In this document: piece after piece, positions 24,751-36,355 of the stretch
Position numbering within the stretch: position 1 is the stretch's first letter
How the letters are laid out: each line of letters starts with the position of its first letter
Assembly (NCBI GenBank): GCA_036172245.1
Contig: JAYWIR010000036.1
Coordinates: 1,736,001-1,800,000, forward strand
Direction: 5' to 3'
DNA from: Raillietiella orientalis
Taxonomy: Eukaryota
Length of the DNA: 64,000 bases
Position numbers and translations under genes: made by a program
Notes under the pieces: model-generated
The model's input: the letters and a program-made list of their open reading frames with translations, nothing else
Told to the model about the DNA's origin: nothing
Databases searched by the model: none

Positions 24751-26294
24751 AACTGAAGAAGGACGCTGTGATCGCAAGAATTGGTTGCATCCGCGCCATA
24801 ATGACAGTCCACCCAGTGTTAGAATCAAGTTCGCGGGGAAGAGGCCACCAGCATGGCAGCGGCCCTCATGAGGAGAGCAGCAAGGTGGCCTCTTCTGCCA
24901 GAAGAAATCGCCAGGGAGATCGCCACCATCAACAGCCGCTTTTAAAGAGAAAGGAAAGCCTCATTCCAAAGACCCCTGTCCCCGCCCTCCCGTCTTCATT
25001 TATTCATTCTTCCCTTCCTCCGTTCCTTAGTTTTTGGAAGCGGCCTGCGAGCCGGTGATCAACCTGAAAGACTTTGGGGGGGGGGGGAGAGGGGGGCATT
25101 CCTCGTGTTTGAGACTTGTAGTTTATTTTTTTGAAATAAACGTCCTGGCATAACCGTGTAAAAACCGCAGAGCGGGGTGGGGCGGCGCGGGTGCAGTGAG
25201 GATCGTAGACGTGGCTCCGCGTGCTCCGCCTTGCAAATTTGGCTCACTCGTTCTTCTTGGAGCCCGACCGTTCCAGCAGCACACTTTCCCCCTTTCGTCG
25301 CTGGGCACCAGCAGGACGCATCTGCCGGCAACGGTCGCGTTTCGCACCTCCAGAGGCATATCTGGCGCAAATCTTACGGACTGGGCAAGACAGAACTGAA
25401 ATCGATAAGTGCAGCTGTCATGAGGACACCATGAAAAAAAAAGAAAAAGGAAAGAGAAGGATTCGAAGAGGAGAAGAAAAATGACAGGAGAGTGTGCTTA
25501 CATGATGCGTTTTTATGATTCTAATCTTTCCTGAGCTAACTCGCTCCGAAGACATCAGGAACGAGCCACCATTGCAAATACACCGATTATACCAATTACT
25601 CCGGTCGCAGGGGAAAAGCTCGCGATTTTGAATCGACATTTTGTTTGAACTGGATGCTTGCAAAACAAAAAAGAACAGGGGAGAAAAAAAAAAAAAAAAA
25701 AAAGAATCCGAGAAGCACAATGGCAATCAAAGCATTCGCGTCGCCCGCCGTGGTGGTGTGCGCTCCGAAAAGCCAAGACGCGCGCACGCCCTGCCATGAA
25801 ACATCGCTGCACTGCAAGCAAAAGAGACGGATGGGAAAAGCGGGTCGGTCTTGGAGCGTGCAATCTTCTCCCGGTTGCGAAAGCAAAAAAGCATTGCTGA
25901 TACTGCGTGAGGTGTAGCCGACGCTGGAAGCAGGTGTTAGCGATGGCAGTACAAAGCATGGCATCTAGACTGTAGTCAAGGCAACGTGCAGTGCTGTTCG
26001 ACCGGGAATCAACGGCGACGGGGTCTGACTCAGGAGGAAACAGTCCCCGGCAAAATCAGCCAGCTCTGCCACTAGATGCTGGTAGGATCCACTTATCACT
26101 AGGCCAGTATAAATCTAGCACTCAAAACGCTAGATAGCGGAGGGCATAAAAGTAACTTTGGGACGGATCACGAAGTGAACATCAAGGAACTCTTGCGCTT
26201 GCTGACGTCGCCAACACCAAAAGAGATTGCGGCTCACAACTGTCGAGAACAGGGCAATCGATGCAAAGTGTAGCGAGCAAGCTAGACTGTCGTT

Positions 26295-26300
<6 letters not shown>

Positions 26301-26332
<32 letters not shown>
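26301..26332. repeat. (CA)16 microsatellite
   Basis: Direct reading of the sequence. Confidence 0.95.
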
Positions 26333-26334
<2 letters not shown>

Positions 26335-27052
26335 CTCATCTCCATCGTGCCACATATTCATGTTCTCCAAGCAGTGCGGAAGAATTTAATTATCCATCCG
26401 AAAATTTATTTAACTGAAAAATTTCCCACTCCCCTACTCTGGAAGCACGAAATCAGTGTTTTATTAATAGAAATTTGAACAGCAGACTATATGTAGGGAG
26501 ATAATGAAAACAGTGAAGATTGTAGAGCTACTTTTAGACTTATGAATACAAATTTTAGACTCACTCTCAACATACAGAAAGCACGATTGCTAATGGAATC
26601 TTTCATCAACTGCAACGCTTGCTGGATTTTGCGGCGCCGCTCCGAATAGAACAACGCTGGAGAGAAGTTCCCAAGGGAAAAAAAAAAAAAAAGAAACTGA
26701 AAAGTGGATTCGTATTAGTTTGGATTTTTGTGGATTTGCTGAAGACAAATTAAGCTGGCTGTCTAAAAACTCACTATCTAACTATTATTGTGAGCACAAA
26801 CTCATACTGAATCGCCGAAGGAGTAATCAACATCTATACTTAGAAACGACCAAGATATCGGGGAGCATACCATTTTGGTTAACGTCGGCTAAAGAATTCG
26901 AAGCGATAATATGATAGCAGTGGTACTCAAACACCCCAAGAGGTAGACATCCTGCTAACTATTTCAAAGGTGCTATTTCAAGCTAATCACATATCTAAAC
27001 GCGGAACAAAATAAGCGATATATACAGTCCGAATGAAACTCGAAATAAAACG

Positions 27053-27058
<6 letters not shown>

Positions 27059-27086
<28 letters not shown>
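27059..27086. repeat. (CA)14 microsatellite next to the U2 fragment
   Basis: Direct reading of the sequence. Confidence 0.95.
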
Positions 27087-27087
<1 letters not shown>

Positions 27088-27101
27088 CTGAGAAGCTGAA
27101 G

Positions 27102-27138
27102 CTACACTTTGATCTTAGCCAAAAGGCCGAGAAGCGAT
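27102..27138 (-). pseudogene. U2: 3'-truncated U2 snRNA fragment (nt 1-37)
   Basis: The minus strand reads ATCGCTTCTCGGCCTTTTGGCTAAGATCAAAGTGTAG, the conserved U2 5' end. Similarity stops inside the branch-point-recognition sequence GUAG(UA). It is flanked by GAAGCTA direct repeats at 27098-27104 and 27141-27147. Confidence 0.93.
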
Positions 27139-28896
27139 AAGAAGCTAATTTTACACAGATAAAGGAAACTGAATCCGAGAATTCTCACCTTTACACAAAT
27201 AAGGTAGAACTTCCTAAATAAAAATTGCACTCTTCTTTATGGGTGAAAACTTTCCACAAATCGTTCGATCTCTGAAGCTTGACTTTATTCTGAGCAAGAA
27301 AACGGTAAGATTTGGATTTTAACCATTCCCAGTCTTATAATATGTATCAGAATAATGACATATTCCGTGGTTCCTAAAAGCAAAAAACCGATTGGCATTT
27401 CAGAGAAAACATTCTAGGAAAGTTTATTCTAGGAAAGATCTCAACAACATGCACAGGGCCCCGGAGGTTGTTGGTACTCCTGAAACAAGTGAAATACTCT
27501 ATGATTAGGTGAAAACAAGGAAAACTACTGTGTCATTCCAAAGCCATGCAGCATCACCGATTTGAAAGAACAAAGCATTTGCTTTTCTGCAGAATAGCGG
27601 CGGTTGAAAGTGCAACTCTTGTCGCTTGGCAGCACCGAGAGCAGCGGGCAAGTCGACCGGCAGCGAAGTACTTGAATGATACAAAAGGGAATGAATTTTG
27701 CCTTTTTGGATCGATAAACAGTTGTTCCTCTCTGGACATTCGAAACTAAGCTGTCGAGAACCAACAACCCCGGACTCAAGATGAATTCGATACAAGGGAA
27801 GATAGAAAATGGTAGTGGTAGAACATGCAGTGGCATGTACATATATGTTCATATACTCCGAATTCTTACCCTTTACTTCATCCGTGTTTTGCGATTTCTA
27901 TGGGTTCCTTAGTGCGTGCAGTTCCTTCTGAGGAAACGATTTCGAACAGCGGGCACAGTGTTTTCGGAAGGAACGAAAGTTGACCGACAACTCGCCACTC
28001 CAGTCTGTGGACAGCAATGCCCTCAATGCTTTATTCGTTACCCATCTCATTTAATGGAGCGTTCTCATGGCAGGTATTTCCTCGAAGCTCTCCCGCGTGT
28101 TAGAAAACATGCCACTTTCAACCACGTGCCGGACATCACAGAAGAGGAAGAAACATTTCAACTTATTAATACGTTGAAATTCCCTCTAAAACAAACATGG
28201 CATAAAAGGACGCCAGCGTGGTTTCAGAAATCTGCAACCAATCTGAAGCAATTCAGCAATCCTCAGATTGCATTGCCGTGAGGCGAACACCTCTCTTCCA
28301 TTGACAACAAAGTACACTCAGGGTGTTTTGAATGGCTCGGCATTTCCTCCCTCTATCTACATGTGTGTGTGTGTGTGTGTGTTTAAAACGAAAGTAATTC
28401 GTAACAGCAGCAGCAGCAGCACCACTCCCCCCACGTTTGATTGCACCACGTGGACGCCACAATGCAAAAAAAGGGAACGCACCTCCGTGACGTATGGAGC
28501 GAAGGTGCAGCAGCCTCACCGTCTTCGTCTTTTCGATCACCGTGCACAAAAGGAGGAAAGGCAGGAAGGGAGGAGGAGGAGGAGGAGGAGGAATCTCGAC
28601 GGAGCTCCCGCAGCATCCGATCCGCAGCGTCGTGTGTGTACGTGCAGTCAGTGCCCCGTGCACGTCCTCCCGCAAGCCGACGTGTTCCCTGCCAGGCAGC
28701 AGGGGATACCCAATGCATAGGCAAAGGCAGGCAAACCACTCAGTAAGGGGACCGCAAGTGATACGTTAAGGTCTGTGTACGCAATTTGCATGTACAAGCA
28801 CGGAACGATACTGTCATTGTGAAGAATGTAAACGTTTCCCACCGTCGACATTTCTTTTGAAGGCCACGGGAAAAGTCCACAGGCGATTTCTGCAAA

Positions 28897-30528
28897 ATGA
28901 CCGACGTGATTTCTCCAGTTTTGCGACGGAAAGTGAGGTATTCTGCGTTTACATCTAGGATTTTGATGGTTTGCCTCCAGGTACAAAGTACACAAGACAG
29001 TCGTTTCTCTGAATGTGTTAATGGTTTTCAGTGTTTGGGAAATCTGGGATTGGCCGATCATAACGCAGATGCCTTTAAAGAACCATTAGAGTTACATAAC
29101 GGCACGATGGTTGATTACACATTGAAGCTGTTGCTTGAGGGATATTCTAGATGGGATGGACAGTATTACTTGTACATCAGCAAATATGGCTACACACATG
29201 AAAACACACTGGCTTTCTTCCCATTGTTTCCAGTACTTATAAGAAATGCTGCAAGAGTGATTCAGTTTGCAAGTTTGGATTATATGAGCATACATTCCAG
29301 TATTTTGTTATCAGCTACATTATTAAACATTATTTTTTTCATTATAGCAGCTGATTATTTGTATCAGCTTAGTGCCACAGTACTTCATAATAACCAGATT
29401 GCATATGTTGCATCTTTGTTGTTTTGTATCAATCCATCCAGCATTTTTTTCTCTGCTGTGTATTCCGAAAGCCTGTTTGCCATGTGCACATTCATTGCTC
29501 TCACTCTGTACTTCCAAGCTGTTTATGGTAAACTTCGCAATACAGTTCTCCCATCCATACTGTTAGGTCTAGCTTGTGCAACTCGATCAAATGGGCTAAT
29601 TAGCCTAGCATTCCTGATGTATGCACATTATCAAATCTGGATGTCCTCAGAGTGCTTGAAGCAGGCTGGTTTTATCAGATGGTTGTTGTACAAAACTATT
29701 GTGTTTTGTTGGTCAACACTTTTCCTGATATTACAGTCACTTTTAGCTGTATTGCCCTTCTTCATATTTCAGATATTTGCACATTATCAGTTTTGCCTTC
29801 GTTCTCAAATACCGCTTGAACATCCTCGTGTACAGCATTTTTTGAATCATTCCAACTTTGTTCTTCCAGGAAGCACTAAAAATTCAACATGGTGCTCAAA
29901 CTTATTCTTTTTATCCTATCATTATGTTCAGTCCCATTATTGGAGAGTCGGTTTCTTACAGCAGTACTCAGTTTCCAACCTTCCAAATGTGCTATTAGCA
30001 ATACCTATTGTGTTACTTATTGCCATTAATGGGATATTAGCCCTGAGATCCCAACTGTCAAGTGGCAAAAGTGCTCTGACATGCATTCCAGTCTACAGCC
30101 CCAGAACATTCCCTTTTGTGCTTCACAGCATGTTCTTACTTATTTTTGGATTGCTATTCATTCATCCTCAGGTCAGAATTACATTCACCTGCTAACAGTA
30201 ACAATCATTTGTAACTACTTATTTACAGGTGATAACTCGTCTCTCTCTAGCCAGCAGCCCTGTCCCCTTTTGGTTTGCTGCTCATCTATTATGTCAGTCT
30301 AATGAGGAGAGCCCCCCAAAAACATACAAAAAATTCCAGGTATTTGTGACAGAACTTTGTTTAAATTTCATTAATAAAAATTAGAAACTGGAAGACACAG
30401 CAGTACATGAAGACTGGGAAGAATTACTCTCTCAACTGACTTGGAAAGGCTGGACAGTTCTACACTATTTTTTGTGTTATGCAGTGTTTGGATGTTTGCT
30501 TTTCTGTAATTTTTATCCTTGGACCTAG
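28897..30528 (+). CDS. PIGV: GPI mannosyltransferase 2, about 492 aa. Exons 28897-28980, 29032-30171, 30229-30339, 30385-30528
   Basis: ADHNADAF, SRWDGQYYL.I...GY..E...AFFPLFP, LFCINPSSIFFSAVYSESLF, TRSNG, YVQSHYWRVGFL, VITRL...SSP and C-terminal NFYPWT*. The spliced length is 1479 nt, in frame. Confidence 0.96.
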
Positions 30529-33500
30529 TCTGCTGCTTATTTTGTGGTTATCTTGAACGAATCATCAAGTAGGTCACCATCATTACAAAAATAGCAAACA
30601 AAAGCAGGTACCATAAAAAATAATTGCTACCATTTTTGGTCATTCTTACAACTTTTGAGATGGTACCTCCCAAGAATCCTGATGTCGATTCGAATCTCTC
30701 ATCCTATGTACAAGTATATTACAGTTTCGTTTATTTTGTTAAGTCAAGTTATACCATGTTTCTTAATAAATTATTTTGTTCTCTTACTTCTGATCCGATT
30801 TCTAATGATACCTGTTAAAAAATATACCTCTTATGCATGAAAATCTTTCTTACAGATTTCAGGACTGATATTTTATTCCTCAAATTATTTTCTAATTGCT
30901 CATTCGCTTCTTCCACTTCGCTCGTCATACTCGGAGGGACGTTTTCATTATAATAAAAATGGTCATAATCTAAAACACATCCCATACGTCAGGTCTGGAT
31001 CTTTTCAAATGTTTTTATGTAGTTAACTTACAAAGCCAAGGATTACATTAATTAGAATTTAAGAAATTTTCAAACATAAACATAAATTGAAGGCAGTCAT
31101 CAAATACGGTGAATTTCTGGATCCTATACACGTGTACATGCTCAATTGACGCAAAATTCAAAATATTTCATGCAATGAACTTACTGACATTTCTTCTCAT
31201 TATGTCAACTATACAAATTTCCTCACATATCTTGCTTTAATTACTCAGCAAAGCTCGTCTTGCAAAAAAATCTTGTCAAGCAAACGATACTACCCATTGT
31301 GCATGCTTATTAAAAAGTTCATCCAAGGCTGCAAGCAAGCACTTCTGATTGTGGTTTGCTTTTACTGCATTCCGACACGTGTAAACAATGCCAAACTTCA
31401 AAGTTACAAAATCAAATGGAAATTAATAGAAAATTCCATGATTCCAAGTGCCCAATTCTGAAGGGTTTCGTAAGCTTTCTGTTAATCGCAAAATTACTTT
31501 CATATCTAATATCAATTCTGTTTATTATTTATCGTGTTTCCTCATGAGTTGTTTTCCGACAATCAAAATAAGAAGACTGCTTGATGTGATGGGTCCCTTG
31601 GCATACCAAGCTGATGATTGTGAGCCTGTGATAGTTGCTGGTAAAAACGTACAGAAGAACATAATATAATGTCAATACTGCAATACTGTATTCTTAGCGT
31701 TGTTTCTCTGTACTCCGACTGAACAACTAATTAAAAGGAAAAACACGAGGCATTTGTACTTCAGTAACCTTACGTATCCATATATACTGCTGGAGTTAGT
31801 TCACCACTAAAAACTGAGATTACGATGGGAACTCGAAAGCCCAAATGGTTTTTTCGATGAACTTGTTGATGGCGTAACTTTATTTTAACAGTGCAGAAAT
31901 TATTTGGATTTGAATTTGAAGTCCATTAATAAGTAAGTTTAAGATAGATAAGTTTTCCATTATTTGAAAATCACAAATGGAAGTGAGTAATGTGCGTAAT
32001 ATGCTTCTTTCGTTCTATGGATTGCTCAGTTCAACTATAAATGTAGATCAAATCCTGCCAGATGACTCATGTGCTCAGCTGTAAACAAATAGGTACAGGA
32101 AATTTAGCTTCCCAATGATGATGTTCTTTTATAAACTTGGACAAGGAAAATGTAACAGTTTTCAAAAACTCAAAAACATTGTTTTTTGGAAAATCATCCT
32201 ATAAGAATTCCAAACCGCTTTTAAGCATCACATTTAGCTTACGATTAAAGACTTTCATTAGAAGAAGACGGTTTTATTTAAGCATCTTCAAATTTAATCT
32301 CAATTCCAATTAGGCCAGCTATTCGTGCAGAAATTGAGGTCGTTCTCAACCCAAACGTAACTTAATATTAATCGTTAAACTCAATGAGCCTTTTATTGAA
32401 AAGGACTTAGATAAATTCCAATTCTACACCTATCAACATGGTAAAGTATTCTCCATTCAGTATTCTCTAATGAATACTTCATCAATAATTTAAGCAATTT
32501 GTGGAAACGGATAGTGATTTTCTTGAAACTATTAATCATCACCAACACTAATTTAATTTTGCGTCTTTCTCTTGCCTTTTCGAATCCCTCAAAGGGTAAT
32601 AAGAGTTTGTTTGATTTTCTGAAAGCTTTTGTTCAGGGTACATTCGAATTCCAGAATACTGGTGGGGGAGAGAGGGGGGAGGATGCAAAGTTAATATGCT
32701 CTGCTTTAAAGGAAAAACCACGTAAAGATATTCTAAAATTCTTTGGTGTTTATTTATGCTAACACTAAAAGTATCTCCAGCGCTGGGAAAAGAAAAATGA
32801 CTATCAAGATGTGGATTTGGAACTCTTGGACGCAATTTTCGAACAAAAAATAATTTCACCCTCTTTCTATTTTGAAGTAAAAACGAAAATTCTGCAATTG
32901 TGTTTCATAGAAATGATCGTTGCATAGAATGGCTACCTGACTTAGATTGGTTATTTAAAGTGAGTTCAAAAATTAGATAGAGTGCATCCTTTGATATCAG
33001 CCATTATTATGTTTTTTTATGTGCGTTTTCAAGACACATATCATACTTATTCGATTCATGCTATTTGCAAAGTAGTGTCTTTAGAATTTTTGATGGGACT
33101 ACATCCTTCTATATATCTTAGTTTTCTCATAGTAGATCATGGAATCTTATCACAAATCATTTAGAATATGTTTCTCACCACAATATAGACATTTCTGAAA
33201 AAAATCACATGGGTTTCCAGTTACAAAATTTGTATATTCACTCAACACATGGGCTTGTTTAAGTATCAAAAGCTGAAACATATTTTTTTCATGTACACTA
33301 AAAGAAGCACCTGAGTATTAGGAAGTTAGTAGAAACTTGGGTTTCGAAACCTTTGAATAAATCAAAAGATTCATTCAGACATTCATGATCATATTGCTGC
33401 TGCATATAGCTTGAAATGTTGAAAAGTTATTATAATCCAGTTCGGTAATTAATCCTAATCCTGTTTATCTATCAATTCTGTTTATCTATCTAAAAATAGA

Positions 33501-34305
33501 CGAAACTGCTGAATGAGTTTTGCATTTTGTGCTCGAGATGAATAGTTCATTCAACATATCATTTATTTTGTTAAGTGTACTAGGATTTCGTTAAAACTTT
33601 TGGAGAAAAAAAGTGTCTGTAGCTGTTATTTATTCAACTCTTTTGGATCACATTCAAAACTACATGGTTAATTTTGCAGTATTTCTAGGATCTAGTTATT
33701 CTTACCTTTTTAAGAAAGATATAGTTCAAAACTCCTTGAATGAATTGTTAACTGATAGCAGTTGATATCGAAGATCTTTCAGAGTGCTGCATTTAGGCAC
33801 AGCGTATCACGTATTAATTGATCAGGAAATGTTGTTTCCTGATGAATCAATATGTGATACAGCATTTCCATTAGCCCTTTCCTTTAGCTTGGTAATTCCG
33901 CGTCCATACGATTTGTGGCTCGCGATTCAAATTTGCTATTTGTTGTATCTAAAATGTCTTTTCAACACAAAATAAAATGTGCGAAATCATATCACATGTA
34001 AAGACGAAAATATTTATTAGAATGATCTCGTTGTGATTTGTAATTCTTATGTGTTTCTCTTTTTCTGTGAATTGTAAATTTTGGAGTTTTGATTTTGAAG
34101 TTGTTTAATTAATGGGAAGCATTGTTTTTTCAGCAAAAATTAATGATTAAGTAACGCCTTTTCAGATCAAATCAAAATGTAGCTGTCTCTGGCTAATTTG
34201 GTTGTAGGATTATCTTCTGTTTTGTCTTACATTCAGTAATTGTATTTCAACTGGACTTAAAGTACTTCAAGCTGTATCTCGATCGTTTTGCTTTATCCTA
34301 TTTTC

Positions 34306-36261
34306 ATGGACGGACGAAGATACTTTTTGAAATCTCACAGTGAGGAGGAAAACGGGACGCTAGCGAATTTGATGCGTATACTAAAGAATTTTCATGTTTT
34401 TGATTATGTTCCCTACAGCATGTACAGAGCTGCTGAAAAAATCAATCGACTAAGAGCATCTTTGAAGTGTAAGTTGCAAGCCGTTATTTGTAAGTGACTG
34501 CATTTTAGACAATGTTACAGATGATTCTGTGGATTTTGAAGTAGCAATGAAAGTTTTGGAACAGAATAGGTTAGATTTTGATAATGTAAACAGAATAAAT
34601 AAAGATAAAGCAAGAGATATATTTACTGGCATTTTACGTACAGCCTTGATGCAGCAAAACTGCATAAATAGCATCAAATCATTTAGTGATTTGGTAGAAT
34701 TGAACGTGCATCTCCTCTTTCACATCTATGATGTGTAAGTTGATCATCAATCTCATCCTCATTCCCATATTGTTTAGGCACAATACAGAACATATTCAAA
34801 TTCTTAGTTTGCAGTGTTTATTAGCAGTATTATCTTCTGGCCATTTGCCATCGAAATACCAGTGTCAGTAACCTCTTAAGGCTTTGGATTTGCTGGCAAC
34901 ATTTGCTTGTAGTTCTTTTCAGAAAACTTTCAGGGAAACAATCAAGTATTACAATGCTCCAGTTGACTGTATTGCTGCAGGAATTGTGCTACATCCCTCA
35001 AAAGTTGGATGAAAAGTGGTATTTTGATAGCCATCAGATCCTCTGTGCAGTGGAAACAGCAAACAAAATGGTCAAAGAGCAGCAGATGGGATTGAAAGAT
35101 TTTATGACTTGGATCCTAGATGAGCCTCCTGTTCTTTTGTGGTGGCCTGTGTCATATCGTCTGAATGTTTCTAAGACAGGTTCTCTTCCAAGTTTTATAT
35201 TCTTCAACTGCCTTTGTTTCAGTGAAGCATAAAGTCAAATGCAACGTGTGCAACCAGATGCCTCTGGTTGGGCTGCGTTACCAATGCATGCATTGTTTTG
35301 GTTATAATTTGTGTCGAAACTGCTTTTACAAAGGCCACTGCAATGGAAGGCACTATCCTTGGCATACTCTACATGAACACTGCCTTCCAGTGAGCCATTC
35401 ATTAGTACTCTGTAGAAAAACCATTGTTGGCAGGTGTCATTTGGGAAGGCAATGAAAGCCAATTTCCAGATACTCAAGAAGCGCTTTGGTTGGAGTCAGC
35501 AAGCTTGCTGTCATGCTCGTGTGCTGACTCATGAACCATCCCGAAAATTGCTGAACCAATTATCCTGGATACTCGAAGAAAACCAGTTCCGAGTTATCAA
35601 ACAGGAAAAAACTTGTCTGGCAGCAACTAGGTTGTTACAGGACTTGCACAGTGTGATGTCTCATATTGAGAAAACTAACTGGTGTGTAGCGGAACGCCTT
35701 CAGGGTCTTTGTAAGCATACCTCTGAGTTCCAGTTAGTTTTAGAAGAATGTTATGAACACATAGAAACCCAAACAAATCAACTTCGAGGCATACTGCAAG
35801 TATGGCTGCAGCACTTTGCTTGTTTTTCGTTTTCTAAGTTATTATGTACCTGATTCCAGGTACTTCGAGGTGAATGGCAGCCTGGCAACGGGTTTTCCCC
35901 CTTTGCTTCCAAGTCTCCGTTGTGTTCATCCATGCGAAGCACTCCAGTATTTCCTTTTGTTTCTCTTTCTTCACAATTAAGTGATTATGAAAAATTACCC
36001 GCAGCACTTTCCCAAGACCATCTTTCTTTTGCTGCCTCGAAACATAGTTCCAGTGCAAATGAGATTCCTTTTGCTGATCTATCTACATTCTTGGGCTCAG
36101 TCAAAACAGTAGACTCGCAGTGCTGCTGTAGCCTGTGCAATCCGGACCAACCGCTCCCCCAAGTTTATGATGAACTGCAGAACTTGCTGGAGAAATTACA
36201 GAATGCTTTCCCTGAAAACACAGATACGTGTGCACCTGCGGAAGAATGTTTGCCTGCATAA
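34306..36261 (+). CDS. Short dystrophin-family (dystrotelin/dystrobrevin-like) EF-hand + ZZ zinc finger + coiled-coil protein, about 555 aa. Exons 34306-34468, 34521(or 34509)-34734, 34778-34863, 34913-35179, 35223-35389, 35434-35799, 35860-36261
   Basis: YSMYRAAEKINRLR (~YRTAxKLRxLQ), LLFHIYDV....IQILS, SKYQFLF, FMTWILDEPPVLLWWPVSYRL, ZZ finger KHKVKCNVC..PLVGLRYQCMHCFGYNLCRNCF..H...H..HEHC, and C-terminal ELQNLLEKLQNAFP. Confidence 0.88.
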
Positions 36262-36355
36262 TTGCTCAGACAAAAAGGGCATTTACAAAGGCCTGAGATC
36301 AACATAGTGTTAAATACATACACATATGTATATATATTTGTGAATATTAATTGAG

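Noticed and set aside
25510..25575. In-frame TGA followed by Cys (possible selenoprotein) on the minus strand
   Set aside because: Very short frame, no selenoprotein family resemblance and no SECIS identified.
26010..26050. Resemblance to RNase MRP conserved regions (GAAA..GUCCCC and ACGGGG)
   Set aside because: The order is reversed, the spacing is wrong and there is no downstream CR-V. The two parts simply form a local hairpin.
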